From assembly GCA_049889275.1 (NCBI GenBank), contig JBMHDS010000085.1, positions 153,470 to 217,469 on the forward strand: a DNA stretch of 64,000 nt, written 5' to 3'. This DNA comes from Bradymonadia bacterium (lineage in GTDB: Bacteria; Myxococcota_A; Bradymonadia; UBA7976; UBA1532). Made by a program: the position numbers and the translations under genes. This document shows positions 1 through 10,529 of the stretch, in pieces (position 1 is the first letter of the stretch; the number at the start of each line of letters is the position of its first letter). Under the pieces are notes generated by a model. It was not told the origin of the DNA, ran no database searches, and saw only the letters and a list, made by a program, of their open reading frames with translations.

Positions 1-164
1 CCCACTCGCGGCATCCAACCGGTATCTAATTTGTTTTTTGCAAAAACAAAGTCACCGGGTTTCAAGGCGGGACGCATGGAGTCGCCGGCCACGCGAAGAC
101 GCAGCCGACGGCCAATCAGCCATGCTAACAAATCGCGAGGTGACATCGCGCAACCAGACGTTGT

Positions 165-638
165 TCAGCTGGCGGTGTACCAAGCGACGTCTCGGCCTTT
201 GGTCGCCCAAAAGATCGTATGGATTTCTTTGATCGCATCCATCAGCTCTTGTGCATGCTGCGTGCTCACCTCGACTTTGACAGCCGAGCACAGTTTCGCT
301 GCTGTCCAAAAAGTCGTGTGCAGTTGTGGATAAGCTTCGAGGTGGTGTGGCTTGAAGTAATCGGTCCAGAGCACCAGAAGTTCCTCTTTGGCGAGGTGCG
401 CCTGCTCTTCCTTGATCGCGACGTATCGAGACAGGGTGTTGAGGTAGGCTGCCATGGCACCTGCATCAGACGCATCTGGTACCTGAAGGCCGACGATCTT
501 CTTGGTCATCGAAACAGCCGCTTCAGCCGCGATTCGCGCCGACGCTGGGTCATACACGCCGCACGGTCCATCGCAGTGTGCGTCAACTTGTGTCGCTGGC
601 TGGACACGCTCTAATGCTGATACGAGTTTCTTTAACAT
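165..638 (-). CDS. sodN: Nickel superoxide dismutase (NiSOD) precursor
   Basis: N-terminal propeptide followed by the Ni-hook HCDGPCGVYDP motif; about 157 aa, typical of the SodN precursor that is cleaved before His. Confidence 0.85.
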   Translation of the reverse strand: MLKKLVSALERVQPATQVDAHCDGPCGVYDPASARIAAEAAVSMTKKIVGLQVPDASDAGAMAAYLNTLSRYVAIKEEQAHLAKEELLVLWTDYFKPHHLEAYPQLHTTFWTAAKLCSAVKVEVSTQHAQELMDAIKEIHTIFWATKGRDVAWYTAS

Positions 639-801
639 CTCTCACTCCTACGTGAAGGTTCTAAAAATTATCTTCGTCCCAATCAACCAAGCTCGATCCA
701 CGTCGCGTCAGTGCGACCGGGTCGAGACGGCGATCGTCTCGTGTGTGGGACACTAACAGCCGGTTTGCGGCTGTTCAATACCAGAATGCCACGCCAACGC
801 G

Positions 802-1848
802 ATGAATGACGAGCCGCTGCGGTTACTGGCAGGTTTTGAATCGGCTGGTCGAATCGTCTTGGGTAATGGGCCGGTGTTTCGTATGGTGGCTCGATGCGCA
901 TTTGACGCGTTGATTTGCTTGGGAGGAATCGACACAATGGCCGTACCGTATCGCCACATAACCCAACAAGGCGCCGTTCTTGGCGCACTCGGACGCGTCG
1001 CGCTCGCAGCGGCCAGCCAATCGTTTCGCTCGCTGCAAAAGACCGATTTGACCATGCCTGGTCCAAGATTCGAACAGATTGTCGAGGCGCGCTCGGATGC
1101 ACTCGTCGACGATTTCATCCGCTGGTCCGGTGGCGATCCCAAGGCATGGCAAGGAAAAGTGCCACCCACACTCTTTCCACAGTGGGCATTTCCCCTACTC
1201 GGCCAAACCCTGACTGAAATCCCTTATCCACTCACGAAAGTGCTCAACGGCGGTTGCCAGGTCTGGTGTCATGAACCGATTCCGAGAGGGCAAGACCTGC
1301 ATCTGAGCGCCTATCTCAGTGATATCGACGACAACGGCAGCCGGGTGATTCTGACTCAGCACCTTACAACGTCGTCTCTGGATGGCCGAAAGTTGCTCAC
1401 AGCGAACGTGCAGATGGTGATTCCAGCATCGGTAAAGAGTAGACCGAAGGGGCAGAAAAAAACGTCGATCTGCGTTCCCATCAGTGCCAAACCGATATCC
1501 GACTGGCGGATTCCACCCAATGCGGGCCTCAGTTTTGCTTGCCTGACAGGCGACTTCAACCCGATCCATTGGCTCGGCCCCTATGCAAAGCTGGCCGGTT
1601 TCGGTCGAACAATCCTACATGGCTTTGGCTCTCTCGCCGGCACGATGGAGCGGATACGACGCATTAGATGGGCCGGCGCAACAGACATGCCAGCCTATTT
1701 TGATGTTCGCTTTACGCGGCCGCTTAAAGTCCCTGCGAAAGTCACAATTTTCCTGGACGGCGACGCGTTCTTTTTGGGTCAAAGTCCGGGTGGGCGGGCT
1801 TATCTACAGGGCCACCTTAATCAACCCGAAGGAGTAACCAATGTCTGA
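802..1848 (+). CDS. MaoC-like (R)-specific enoyl-CoA hydratase/dehydratase, hotdog fold
   Basis: C-terminal DFNPIHW...GFGRTILHG hotdog motif; overlaps the downstream reductase gene by 8 nt, suggesting an operon; start codon uncertain. Confidence 0.7.
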   Translation: MNDEPLRLLAGFESAGRIVLGNGPVFRMVARCAFDALICLGGIDTMAVPYRHITQQGAVLGALGRVALAAASQSFRSLQKTDLTMPGPRFEQIVEARSDALVDDFIRWSGGDPKAWQGKVPPTLFPQWAFPLLGQTLTEIPYPLTKVLNGGCQVWCHEPIPRGQDLHLSAYLSDIDDNGSRVILTQHLTTSSLDGRKLLTANVQMVIPASVKSRPKGQKKTSICVPISAKPISDWRIPPNAGLSFACLTGDFNPIHWLGPYAKLAGFGRTILHGFGSLAGTMERIRRIRWAGATDMPAYFDVRFTRPLKVPAKVTIFLDGDAFFLGQSPGGRAYLQGHLNQPEGVTNV

Positions 1849-3262
1849 CACCCTCGTTGAGCTCAGTACCAACCCTTGGTTCCGCCAAGGCGTGAAACAA
1901 TTGGGTTTGCCGATCCCAACCCCGCAAAAGCTCAAGCGTTCTCGACATGCCCGGACCGCTCGGCCATTGACCGATATGACCGTTGAGATACGCAGCACTG
2001 GGGCGCTTGACAAGCCACTCGCAGCCGGCATCACCGCAGCAGGTGCAAACGTGGCGATTCAGCACACTCAAGGCCTCTCCAAACACTGGCAAATGATGGG
2101 AGAGGCGCACGGCCAATCTGTCCGGTTCGAAACCGAGCTAACAGACACCGACAAGCCCATCAATGGTCTGATCTTTGATGCGACAGACTTTCAAAATCCG
2201 AGCGACCTCAGAGCGCTTTACGAATTTTTCAATCCACGTTTGAGCCGGCTGGCACGCTGTGGCCGTATCGTGGTGCTTGGTCGACCACCGGAGGAACTTA
2301 AGAATCCCGCACGGGCCGCAGCCCACGCAGGCCTCGACGGCTTTGTACGATCAATCGCCCGAGAGGTTGGCCGGAAAGGTGCAACGGCCAATGTCGTTTA
2401 CGTCGCCCAAAAAGCCGAAGGGCGCGCGCAGCCACTGATACATTTTTTGATGTCGCCGCGGTCTGCTTTTATTTCTGGACAGCCGTGGCGTATCAATCGA
2501 CGCGTCACGGAGGTCGCGACAGATAACCTGATTCAACCCTTGGAGAACCGCTTGGCTCTCGTCACAGGTGCAGCGCGCGGCATCGGTGCAGCGACAGCGA
2601 GACTGCTCGCCGCCGAGGGGGCTCACGTTATCTGCCTAGACCGTCCCGGTGATGAAGATGTCACCAGCCGCATCGCAGGTGAGGTCGGCGGAACGCCGCT
2701 CATGGTAGACATCACCGCGGAGAACGCTGCAGAGCTGATTCAGAACGCACTGGATGGCCGAAAGTTAGATGTCCTCATTCACAATGCTGGCATCACACGG
2801 GATAAGACTCTGGCGCGGATGCGACCGGAATGGTGGGATCAGGCGGTCGATGTCAATCTGGGTGCCGTGATTCGGATTAATGAACACCTTTTTGATGAGC
2901 ACCTCGCCGATAAAGCACGCATCGTATGCCTCTCATCCGTTGCCGGACTGGCAGGTAATGTTGGACAGACAAACTATGCTGCCTCAAAAGCCGGCATTGT
3001 CGGCTACGTCCGCAGCGCCGCGCCAAGACTTTCTAAACGCGGCATCGCGATCAACGCCGTAGCGCCCGGTTTTATCGAGACACGCCTCACCCAGGCGATC
3101 CCTGTCGTCACCAGGGAAGCAGGTCGACGGATGTGTGCTCTGGGGCAAGGCGGCGAACCTCACGATGTTGCCGAATTGATCAGTTTCTTGGCAACACCAG
3201 GCGGTGGTTGCTTAACAGGGCAAGTAATGCGCGCTTGCGGCGGCATGTTTCTCGGCGCTTGA
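1841..3262 (+). CDS. Two-domain high-molecular-weight 3-oxoacyl-(ACP/CoA) reductase, FabG4-like SDR
   Basis: 473 aa; C-terminal classical SDR with TGAARGIGAA Rossmann motif, NAG and YxxxK (NYAASKAG); N-terminal degenerate non-catalytic Rossmann-like domain as in mycobacterial FabG4. Confidence 0.8.
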   Translation: MSDTLVELSTNPWFRQGVKQLGLPIPTPQKLKRSRHARTARPLTDMTVEIRSTGALDKPLAAGITAAGANVAIQHTQGLSKHWQMMGEAHGQSVRFETELTDTDKPINGLIFDATDFQNPSDLRALYEFFNPRLSRLARCGRIVVLGRPPEELKNPARAAAHAGLDGFVRSIAREVGRKGATANVVYVAQKAEGRAQPLIHFLMSPRSAFISGQPWRINRRVTEVATDNLIQPLENRLALVTGAARGIGAATARLLAAEGAHVICLDRPGDEDVTSRIAGEVGGTPLMVDITAENAAELIQNALDGRKLDVLIHNAGITRDKTLARMRPEWWDQAVDVNLGAVIRINEHLFDEHLADKARIVCLSSVAGLAGNVGQTNYAASKAGIVGYVRSAAPRLSKRGIAINAVAPGFIETRLTQAIPVVTREAGRRMCALGQGGEPHDVAELISFLATPGGGCLTGQVMRACGGMFLGA

Positions 3263-3275
3263 TACAGGAGCACAC

Positions 3276-4574
3276 GTGACAAAGACAAAAAATGGACGAC
3301 GAGCGGTCATCATCGGCGGTGTTCGCACACCTTTCGTAAAGGCCTTTAAAGAGTTTATCGACCTCGATTCCATCGCTCTCGCTGACGCGGCTGTGAGTGG
3401 TTTGATAGAGCGCTTCGCTGTACCACGCAACGAAATTGACAGCATCGTCTGGGGTGGGGTCATCCTACCGAGCGCCGCGCCCAATATTGCCCGGGAGGTT
3501 GCGCTCGACCTAGGCCTGCCCAGCCGCGTCGAGGGTATGACCGTGACACGCGCATGTGCCTCGGGCCTTCAGGCCGTCACCCTCGCCGCTGCGGCAATTG
3601 AACGGGGTGAATATGACGTCGCCATCGCGGGCGGTTCTGACTCGACGAGCAACGGTGAGCTCAAGGTGCCACAGAAATTTGTGCGCACTGTAGGTCCGGT
3701 CGTGATGGGTGGTAGAGCGACGCCGGCCGATTATTTACAAGTCGTCGCTCAGCTCGCCCCTTTCACGGATCTTCTCCCGAAAATGCCTCGTATCGCAGAA
3801 CGTACGACCGGCCAAGTGATGGGAGAGGCCGCCGAAAGTATGGCAATGCGAAACGAGATCTCTCGCGATGCCCAAGATGCATTTACGCTCGCATCACATC
3901 AACGAGCTGCCGCGGCGATCGCGTCAGGCCGATTCGATGAAGAGATCACCCCAGTGGAAACCCGCCGCGGCCGGGTCTACACCGACAGCCTCGTTCGAGG
4001 CGACACAAGCTTGGAAAAGTTGGGACGCTTACGGCCCGTATTCGCAAAGGCCGGTACACTGACAGCAGGTAATTCAAGCCCGCTGACCGACGGCGCTTCG
4101 TCCGTTTTACTGATGAGCGAGGAGAAGGCGTTAGCCCTTGGTTACAAGCCAAAAGCTGCATTTCGCTCTTGGGCATACCGTGCCGTTGATCCTGCCGACC
4201 AATTGTTGATGGGACCCGCACTCGCAATGCCAGCGGCCCTAGATGCCGCCGGTCTCACGCTCGATGATATCGGTCTTGTGGACATGCATGAAGCTTTTGC
4301 CGCTCAAGTGCTCAGCGTCCTTAAGATGCTCGGAAGTGACGCATTCGCGCAGTTACGACTCGACCGTTCAAAGGCGGTCGGCGATGTGGACCACGACCGA
4401 TTGAACGTACACGGCGGCTCGATTGCGCTCGGCCATCCATTCGGCGCCACCGGTGCCCGAATGGTCACCACTATGGCGAATGAGCTCGCGATGGGCCAAC
4501 ACGAGACAGCGCTGCTGGGTATCTGTGCCGCGGGCGGACTCGGCGCTGCCGCCGTGCTCGAACGGGTCGCATAG
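3276..4574 (+). CDS. Acetyl-CoA C-acyltransferase (thiolase)
   Basis: GTG start preceded by AGGAG; thiolase active-site Cys motif VTRACASGLQAV and C-terminal GxGxG(A) thiolase signature; 432 aa. Confidence 0.9.
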   Translation: MTKTKNGRRAVIIGGVRTPFVKAFKEFIDLDSIALADAAVSGLIERFAVPRNEIDSIVWGGVILPSAAPNIAREVALDLGLPSRVEGMTVTRACASGLQAVTLAAAAIERGEYDVAIAGGSDSTSNGELKVPQKFVRTVGPVVMGGRATPADYLQVVAQLAPFTDLLPKMPRIAERTTGQVMGEAAESMAMRNEISRDAQDAFTLASHQRAAAAIASGRFDEEITPVETRRGRVYTDSLVRGDTSLEKLGRLRPVFAKAGTLTAGNSSPLTDGASSVLLMSEEKALALGYKPKAAFRSWAYRAVDPADQLLMGPALAMPAALDAAGLTLDDIGLVDMHEAFAAQVLSVLKMLGSDAFAQLRLDRSKAVGDVDHDRLNVHGGSIALGHPFGATGARMVTTMANELAMGQHETALLGICAAGGLGAAAVLERVA

Positions 4575-4576
4575 TC

Positions 4577-6082
4577 GTGGCGCAAGACAGCGACACAGGC
4601 CGCCATCCGACTGCACGAACTCGAACGTTCTACCTTGCTTACGCTGCCATCGTTCTCGGAGGCTTGGTTCTGCTCGGTGCACTACTGGTCGACGATAAGG
4701 AAACCGCGACAGAGCAATTAGAGGCTTCCAGTGCGCGTTCGGTAGAGAATCCAAAAGGCGGCCACAGCGCTGAAGCCACCAAAAAGGGCGACGAGTTCAA
4801 GGCCAAAAGACCATCGCCTGCAGAGGTATCCACACGAGAGCCCCTCCCGTCTCAGCCCCCTCAGGACACCGTCGTTGCACCACCCCCGCCCACCGAGACG
4901 GGGGCACAAACCAGTCTGATTAAGCCCGCCATTGCGCGCAAGAATCCTGACCTGATGCCAAAAGGAAACCCAAGTCCGCTCATCAAGTCAGGTGAGCTTG
5001 GACGCGGGCAAACCGTTGGTGGCGCCCTCCAGAACTTTGGCGTTGGACATCAGACGGTGACCGGCATCATCGCAGCGCTTGACGGCCTGTATGACTTCCG
5101 AATCGCTCAGCCTGGTGCACGCTTTGAAGTGCAACTCACCCCCGAGGGCCAACTCAAGCGATTTCAATTTGAGCATGATCTCATGGAGGTGTACGTCGTC
5201 GAGAGAGACGCACAAGGAAAGTATCGTGGCCGACAAGCGCTCGTGCCTGTCACCACCACGGTCGAGGCTATCGGTGGTCGTGTCAAAGGGAGCCTGTATG
5301 CCACGATTAAGGCATTAGGTGAATCATCGAGCCTGGCGAGTAAACTTGTGAGCGTCTTTGCCTGGGATCTGGATTTCTACAAGGACAGTCGAGAAGGCGA
5401 TCGCTTTAAGCTTGTCGTAGAGAAGCACTATAAAGACGGTGATTTTGTTCAATATGGACGTGTACTCGCCGCCGAGTATGTCGGTAAAAAGGGTATATTC
5501 CAGAGTTTTTGGTTTAAGCCCAGCGATCAAAATGACGGCGGTTACTTTCTAAAAACTGGCGAGAGTGCAGAGAAGGTCTTTCTCGCAACCCCGCTCAAGT
5601 TCGCCCGTGTCTCAAGCGGCTTTAATCGCAAACGCAAACATCCGATTCTTGGCTATACCAAGGCTCATCTGGGCGTTGACTATGCAGCACCGCGCGGAAC
5701 CCCGGTCTGGGCCATGGCTCGCGGCAAGGTGCTCTTTTCAGGACGAAAGGGGCCCAGTGGAAACCTTGTGCGCATTGACCATGGCAACGGCTTGGTGAGC
5801 GCATATGCCCACCTGCATCGGATCAGAAAAGAGGTCAGGAAAGGGGTCTCTGTAAAACAAAAACAGGTCATCGGGTATGTGGGCTCAACGGGTAGAAGTA
5901 CTGGCCCACATCTGCACTTCGCGATTCGCAAGAAAGGCAGATATGTCAACCCCCGTGATGTGAAGGTCGGACGCCTCAAGTCGGTGCCCAAAAGGCACAA
6001 TCGTAAGTTCCGCAAGGTCGTCAAGGAGCGGATGAAGCAGCTTGAAAAACTCGATGTGAGTCAACCGACCGGTGCTCAATGA
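4577..6082 (+). CDS. M23 family metallo-endopeptidase (MepM/EnvC-like) with N-terminal TM anchor and Pro-rich linker
   Basis: HLGVDYAAP, GNLVRIDHGNG, GSTGRSTGPHLHF M23/LytM motifs; N-terminal hydrophobic helix. Confidence 0.85.
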   Translation: MAQDSDTGRHPTARTRTFYLAYAAIVLGGLVLLGALLVDDKETATEQLEASSARSVENPKGGHSAEATKKGDEFKAKRPSPAEVSTREPLPSQPPQDTVVAPPPPTETGAQTSLIKPAIARKNPDLMPKGNPSPLIKSGELGRGQTVGGALQNFGVGHQTVTGIIAALDGLYDFRIAQPGARFEVQLTPEGQLKRFQFEHDLMEVYVVERDAQGKYRGRQALVPVTTTVEAIGGRVKGSLYATIKALGESSSLASKLVSVFAWDLDFYKDSREGDRFKLVVEKHYKDGDFVQYGRVLAAEYVGKKGIFQSFWFKPSDQNDGGYFLKTGESAEKVFLATPLKFARVSSGFNRKRKHPILGYTKAHLGVDYAAPRGTPVWAMARGKVLFSGRKGPSGNLVRIDHGNGLVSAYAHLHRIRKEVRKGVSVKQKQVIGYVGSTGRSTGPHLHFAIRKKGRYVNPRDVKVGRLKSVPKRHNRKFRKVVKERMKQLEKLDVSQPTGAQ

Positions 6083-7593
6083 GTGATGAAGCGGTCGACA
6101 GCGACGAGCAGGCGATGCCGCCAACATGGTTGGATCGGGTCATTCGAAGGTACAAACGTCTGCTTTTCTTTGGTGGACTCACTTGGGTAGGCTTACTCCT
6201 CGCCGGCGGCATTGTACTCAGTAGCGTGGAGGCGAGAAATGGCCTCAACATCTTTGGACAAAAAGAGTGGCTCGCGGGCCAGCACACCGCCTTTCGCGTC
6301 AGCTTAGAGGATCTTCAATTTGGCACACGACGACCGCTTTCGAAGGTGAAGGTTCGCCTGAGCAACGTCAACATCCCGTACTCTGACGCTACGTTTGTCT
6401 TGACTGAACGCGTAGGAGACTACGTACAAGGCACCATTCCTGTGCCAAAGGAGCCCGGCAAATGGCAGGTGGAGTTTGAGACCGAAGACGTCGACACCCC
6501 CCTGTTTGCGCGGACTGAAGTCAGCGTTGTCAAAGGCGAGGAGACAGTTCTCGAGCACCCACTTACGTTATTTAAGAAAGGTGAACGACAAGAAGGACCA
6601 AGGTTACTGAATCTACGGCCCCTGCATGGTGAACTCCCAAGCGAGCTTGAGTCTAAGGTTGTCGTCTATTCATCGGTTGAGGGTACAGATCTAGCCGAGC
6701 CGATCGACTTGGATGTTCGCGAGGGAGCCAGCAAAAAGCCACTACCCACCCAGGTACGAGTGAAAGAGAATGGACTGCGTGTACTCGATATACAGTCCGT
6801 CCGTCCTGCCTGGGCCATTGAACTTTCAACGGCGAGCAGCCGTGTTGAGACCGCGTTGTACCCAAAACCGCATCAATTTGGGATAGAACTACCCAGTTTG
6901 ACCGATCAGACAGAAATTGAGGTCTCTGTGACGTCTATCGCAAAAACGGGACCGATCTTCTTTGACATCTGGTTCAACGGATATTGGCTGCTGACTCAAG
7001 CGGGGGTACTGGAAGACGGTGCTTATGCCGGCCGCCTTCGGCTGCCCCCTAGCCTGCCACAGGGTCAGCCAGTCTGGCTCCAGGTCTATAACAACACCTA
7101 CCAGCCTGGAAACAACCGCGCGGGACGTCACATCATAATCGGCGATAAGCAGGACCATCGTGTTCTCGAAACATTGGTGGCGATGTTTAGGGTTGAGAGA
7201 CCCGCGACTCGCCATTTCCTCAAGAACTTGGTGGGCGATATCGAGAATGCGGCTTTTCTACTGGGTCTGATCAAGTGGCCGATCCATGATCCGCCGCTCC
7301 TGGCAAACTCTGGGCTAACGGTTCGACAAACGGTGAGCACAGTGAAGGGCATGTGGCAGCGTCGCCTCGCTTTTGCGTTTATCGCGACGGCAATCGCTCT
7401 ATTGCTGGGCATTTTATTTTTGCTGAGACAAAATCAAAGAGACGTGACCCATGCTTGGAATCAACTCTCAGACAGCGCTGGTATCGAGGTTGGCACGAGA
7501 CGCCGTGCATGGCTCGATGCGGCCCTTCTCATCGTTGTTGTGATCTTGTTTTTGGGCGGACTGCTCGCCATCGTTAATTTCGTAAGATGGTAG
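6079..7593 (+). CDS. Hypothetical membrane-anchored protein (N-terminal TM, large extracytoplasmic domain, C-terminal TM pair)
   Basis: ATGA overlap with the preceding M23 peptidase gene (translational coupling); hydrophobic segments at both ends; no recognisable catalytic motif. Confidence 0.55.
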   Translation: MSDEAVDSDEQAMPPTWLDRVIRRYKRLLFFGGLTWVGLLLAGGIVLSSVEARNGLNIFGQKEWLAGQHTAFRVSLEDLQFGTRRPLSKVKVRLSNVNIPYSDATFVLTERVGDYVQGTIPVPKEPGKWQVEFETEDVDTPLFARTEVSVVKGEETVLEHPLTLFKKGERQEGPRLLNLRPLHGELPSELESKVVVYSSVEGTDLAEPIDLDVREGASKKPLPTQVRVKENGLRVLDIQSVRPAWAIELSTASSRVETALYPKPHQFGIELPSLTDQTEIEVSVTSIAKTGPIFFDIWFNGYWLLTQAGVLEDGAYAGRLRLPPSLPQGQPVWLQVYNNTYQPGNNRAGRHIIIGDKQDHRVLETLVAMFRVERPATRHFLKNLVGDIENAAFLLGLIKWPIHDPPLLANSGLTVRQTVSTVKGMWQRRLAFAFIATAIALLLGILFLLRQNQRDVTHAWNQLSDSAGIEVGTRRRAWLDAALLIVVVILFLGGLLAIVNFVRW

Positions 7594-7594
7594 T

Positions 7595-8278
7595 CTAGCG
7601 CTGCTTCGCGCTGAGGCACAGCACGTGCTCCGTGAGGGCGTTGATCCCCGCTTCCAAGAATCGAGGTGGTATATTCTCAACCTGATGGGAGTCCAGAACC
7701 TGGACATCGAACTCTGGTGAGAAAAGTTCTTTTACCGCCTGAACAGGAACAGAAAATGGCGGTCCTTCGGTCAGGTTTTGATCGTATTCGAGGGTGACCA
7801 TAAGGCCTCGACCACCTGGTTTAACCAAAGACTTCAGAACATTTACGTATGCCACGCGCATCGTTTGTGGAAGCGCAACGATGGCTGCGCGGTCAAAGAA
7901 CGCATCGAAAGTTCCAATCGATTGTGCGGTCAGCTCTAGAAAATCACCACAAATGAGTGTGAGGTCCCCATTCTCAAATAACTCATAGTCGCGCTGCACT
8001 GTCTGTTCACAATGCCAATCATGCTCATCGATAAACTTTTCGATCGCGCGACGCGACAACTCAACCCCCACCGTCGAGTGCCGTTCAGAAAGCCAGTTGA
8101 GATCGAGGGATTTACCGCACAGCGGTACGAGAACTCGACGCTTTTGCTCGGACGTGATGTCTGACCACCATTTGGTCAGATTCGGATTCACGGACTCTCG
8201 ATGAAAACCAATCCGATTAGATGCCCACCGCTCTTGCCAAAACTCTCTCTTCATCTCTCGTTCCTCGTTGAGCTCCAT
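7595..8278 (-). CDS. tpm: Thiopurine S-methyltransferase family (Tpm) SAM-dependent methyltransferase
   Basis: FWQERWASNRIGFH...NPNLTKWW...RVLVPLCGKSLDLNWL motifs characteristic of the TPMT family. Confidence 0.75.
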   Translation of the reverse strand: MELNEEREMKREFWQERWASNRIGFHRESVNPNLTKWWSDITSEQKRRVLVPLCGKSLDLNWLSERHSTVGVELSRRAIEKFIDEHDWHCEQTVQRDYELFENGDLTLICGDFLELTAQSIGTFDAFFDRAAIVALPQTMRVAYVNVLKSLVKPGGRGLMVTLEYDQNLTEGPPFSVPVQAVKELFSPEFDVQVLDSHQVENIPPRFLEAGINALTEHVLCLSAKQR

Positions 8279-8293
8279 AGACTCGATACTCAG

Positions 8294-8335
8294 CCAAAAA
8301 AAAGGCCAATTGGATACAAACCCAACTGGCCTTCT
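8294..8335 (-). terminator. Rho-independent terminator downstream of dnaK
   Basis: On the minus strand, AAGGCCAGTTGG...CCAATTGGCCTT hairpin followed by T8, 25 nt after the dnaK stop. Confidence 0.6.
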
Positions 8336-8358
8336 TTAAAGTGAGCAATCAACCGTTC

Positions 8359-10260
8359 CTAGGTGGTTTCCTCAAAGTCAGCATCGATGACATCATCATC
8401 GTTGCCACCCGGAGGATCCATATCTGGTCCTGGTGCACCGCCAGCATTAGGTGCTCCCTCTGGCCCGGCCTGGTAGAGCTTCTCCGCGAGCGCATGGCTC
8501 TTCTTGGTGACCTCTTCAATCGCCGCCTCGATAGCAGTCGTTTCATCACGCTCTACAGCTTCTCGGAGAACGGTCAACGCTGCCTCGATGTCACTCTTCT
8601 CAGCCTCGTCAACCTTATCGCCGAGTTCGGTCAGCAGTTTTTCAGTCTGATACACCAACGAGTCACCTTGATTGCGGGTATCGATGGCCTTGCGCTTCTC
8701 GGCATCAGCCGACGCATGCTCCTCGGCGTCGCGAACCATATCTTCGATGTCAGTGTCACTGAGACCACTCGACGCGGTGATCGTCACTTTCTGCTCTTTA
8801 CCCGTCGCCTTGTCGACAGCGCTGACTTTGACAATACCGTTGGCATCAATATCGAATGTCACCTCAACCTGCGGTACAGCACGCGGAGCCGCGGGAATGC
8901 CCTCGAGGTTAAACTTGGCCAAGGTTCGGTTCTGAGGCGCCATCGGCCGTTCACCCTGAAGGACATGAACTGTCACCGCGCTTTGATTATCTGCCGCTGT
9001 CGTAAAGATCTGACTCTTTTTCGCAGGAATCGTTGTATTCCGTGGGATCAGAGTTGTCATGACTTCGCCAAGCGTCTCGATACCGAGAGAGAGTGGTGTC
9101 ACATCCAACAAGAGAATATCTTGGACGTCACCAGCAAGAACGCCAGCTTGAATCGCCGCCCCTAGAGCCACGACCTCATCAGGATTGACACCCTGGTTGG
9201 CTTTTTTACCAAAGAATTTCTCAACCTCGGCTTGCACGAGCGGCACCCGAGTAGAGCCGCCGACCAAGATGACTTCGTCGATGTCGCCCGCCTTCTTTTT
9301 TGCATCCGCGAGCGCTTTCCGACAAGGCTCAAGGGTACGCGCCACTAGATCGCTGATCAGCTGTTCGAACTTCGAACGACTCAATCTCAAATTGAGGTGT
9401 TTCGGGCCTGTCGCATCCGCGGTCAAGAATGGCAAATTAATGTCTGTTTCAGGTACACTCGAAAGCTCGATCTTCGCCCGCTCTGCTGCTTCCTTCAGAC
9501 GCTGCAAGACCATCCGATCTTGGCCAACATCGATGCCTGATTCTTTCTTAAACTCAGCGATGAGGTAATCGATGAGGACGTCATCGAAATCGTCACCTCC
9601 AAGGTGTGTATCACCATTTGTCGCTTGGACCTCGACGACCTCTTCGCTCACCTCTAGAACCGAGACGTCAAAAGTACCGCCACCAAGGTCGTAGACGACG
9701 ATCGTTTCATCCTTCTTCTTGTCGAGACCGTACGCCAACGCAGCAGCGGTGGGTTCGTTGACAATGCGCTTGACTTCAAGTCCTGCGATCTTGCCCGCAT
9801 CTTTGGTGGCCTGTCGCTGGGAATCATTGAAATACGCCGGCACGGTGATCACCGCCTCGGTGACTGGCTCGCCGAGGTATTTTTCAGCGGCACGCTTCAA
9901 TTTCTGCAGAATTTTCGCTGAGATCTCAGGTGGAGCGAGTTTCTTATCGCCTATCTCAATAGCGACGCTGTTGTTCTTGCCAGCGACCACCTTGTAAGGC
10001 GTCCGTGCCGCCTCTTTTGAAGCTTCTTCATAACGAAGCCCAACGAATCGCTTTACACTAAAGACTGTATTTTCTGGATTCGTGATCGCTTGGCGACGAG
10101 CAACCTGCCCCACCAAAACCTCATCATTTTGGTCCCATGCAACTACCGACGGCGTTGTACGCGCGCCCTCTTCATTCGTAATGACTTTCGGTTCCCCACC
10201 ATCCATGACTGCGATGACGGAGTTCGTCGTTCCTAGGTCGATACCGATGATCTTGCCCAT
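8359..10260 (-). CDS. dnaK: Molecular chaperone DnaK (Hsp70)
   Basis: [33 protein letters not shown] signature motifs; 633 aa. Confidence 0.97.
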   Translation of the reverse strand: MGKIIGIDLGTTNSVIAVMDGGEPKVITNEEGARTTPSVVAWDQNDEVLVGQVARRQAITNPENTVFSVKRFVGLRYEEASKEAARTPYKVVAGKNNSVAIEIGDKKLAPPEISAKILQKLKRAAEKYLGEPVTEAVITVPAYFNDSQRQATKDAGKIAGLEVKRIVNEPTAAALAYGLDKKKDETIVVYDLGGGTFDVSVLEVSEEVVEVQATNGDTHLGGDDFDDVLIDYLIAEFKKESGIDVGQDRMVLQRLKEAAERAKIELSSVPETDINLPFLTADATGPKHLNLRLSRSKFEQLISDLVARTLEPCRKALADAKKKAGDIDEVILVGGSTRVPLVQAEVEKFFGKKANQGVNPDEVVALGAAIQAGVLAGDVQDILLLDVTPLSLGIETLGEVMTTLIPRNTTIPAKKSQIFTTAADNQSAVTVHVLQGERPMAPQNRTLAKFNLEGIPAAPRAVPQVEVTFDIDANGIVKVSAVDKATGKEQKVTITASSGLSDTDIEDMVRDAEEHASADAEKRKAIDTRNQGDSLVYQTEKLLTELGDKVDEAEKSDIEAALTVLREAVERDETTAIEAAIEEVTKKSHALAEKLYQAGPEGAPNAGGAPGPDMDPPGGNDDDVIDADFEETT

Positions 10261-10529
10261 CTGGCTAATCCTTTCGAAACATGCTCGGAAACGGTTTGCG
10301 GGAGATCTGGCTCCCAGACGCTGGGAAAATAATCACCGGCATTCGGGTGTCAACTGATGAAGCAAAAAAAATTATGTCCGATTGTTCTACATCGAATAGG
10401 CGACACATTCTTGGTCGCGAACATGTACTCGGAGCAAGCCCGGGCTCTCGGCGCGGTCATTTGGGTGTTCGATGCCGCTTGCGCTACGGTCACACCGACA
10501 GACATCTAGATGGGAAGACGCAGACGGAA

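Noticed and set aside
8341-9165. 274-aa plus-strand ORF (plus several 60-130-aa ORFs) overlapping dnaK
   Set aside because: They lie antisense within the strongly supported dnaK coding region; GC-rich genes routinely generate long antisense ORFs. No motif or RBS.
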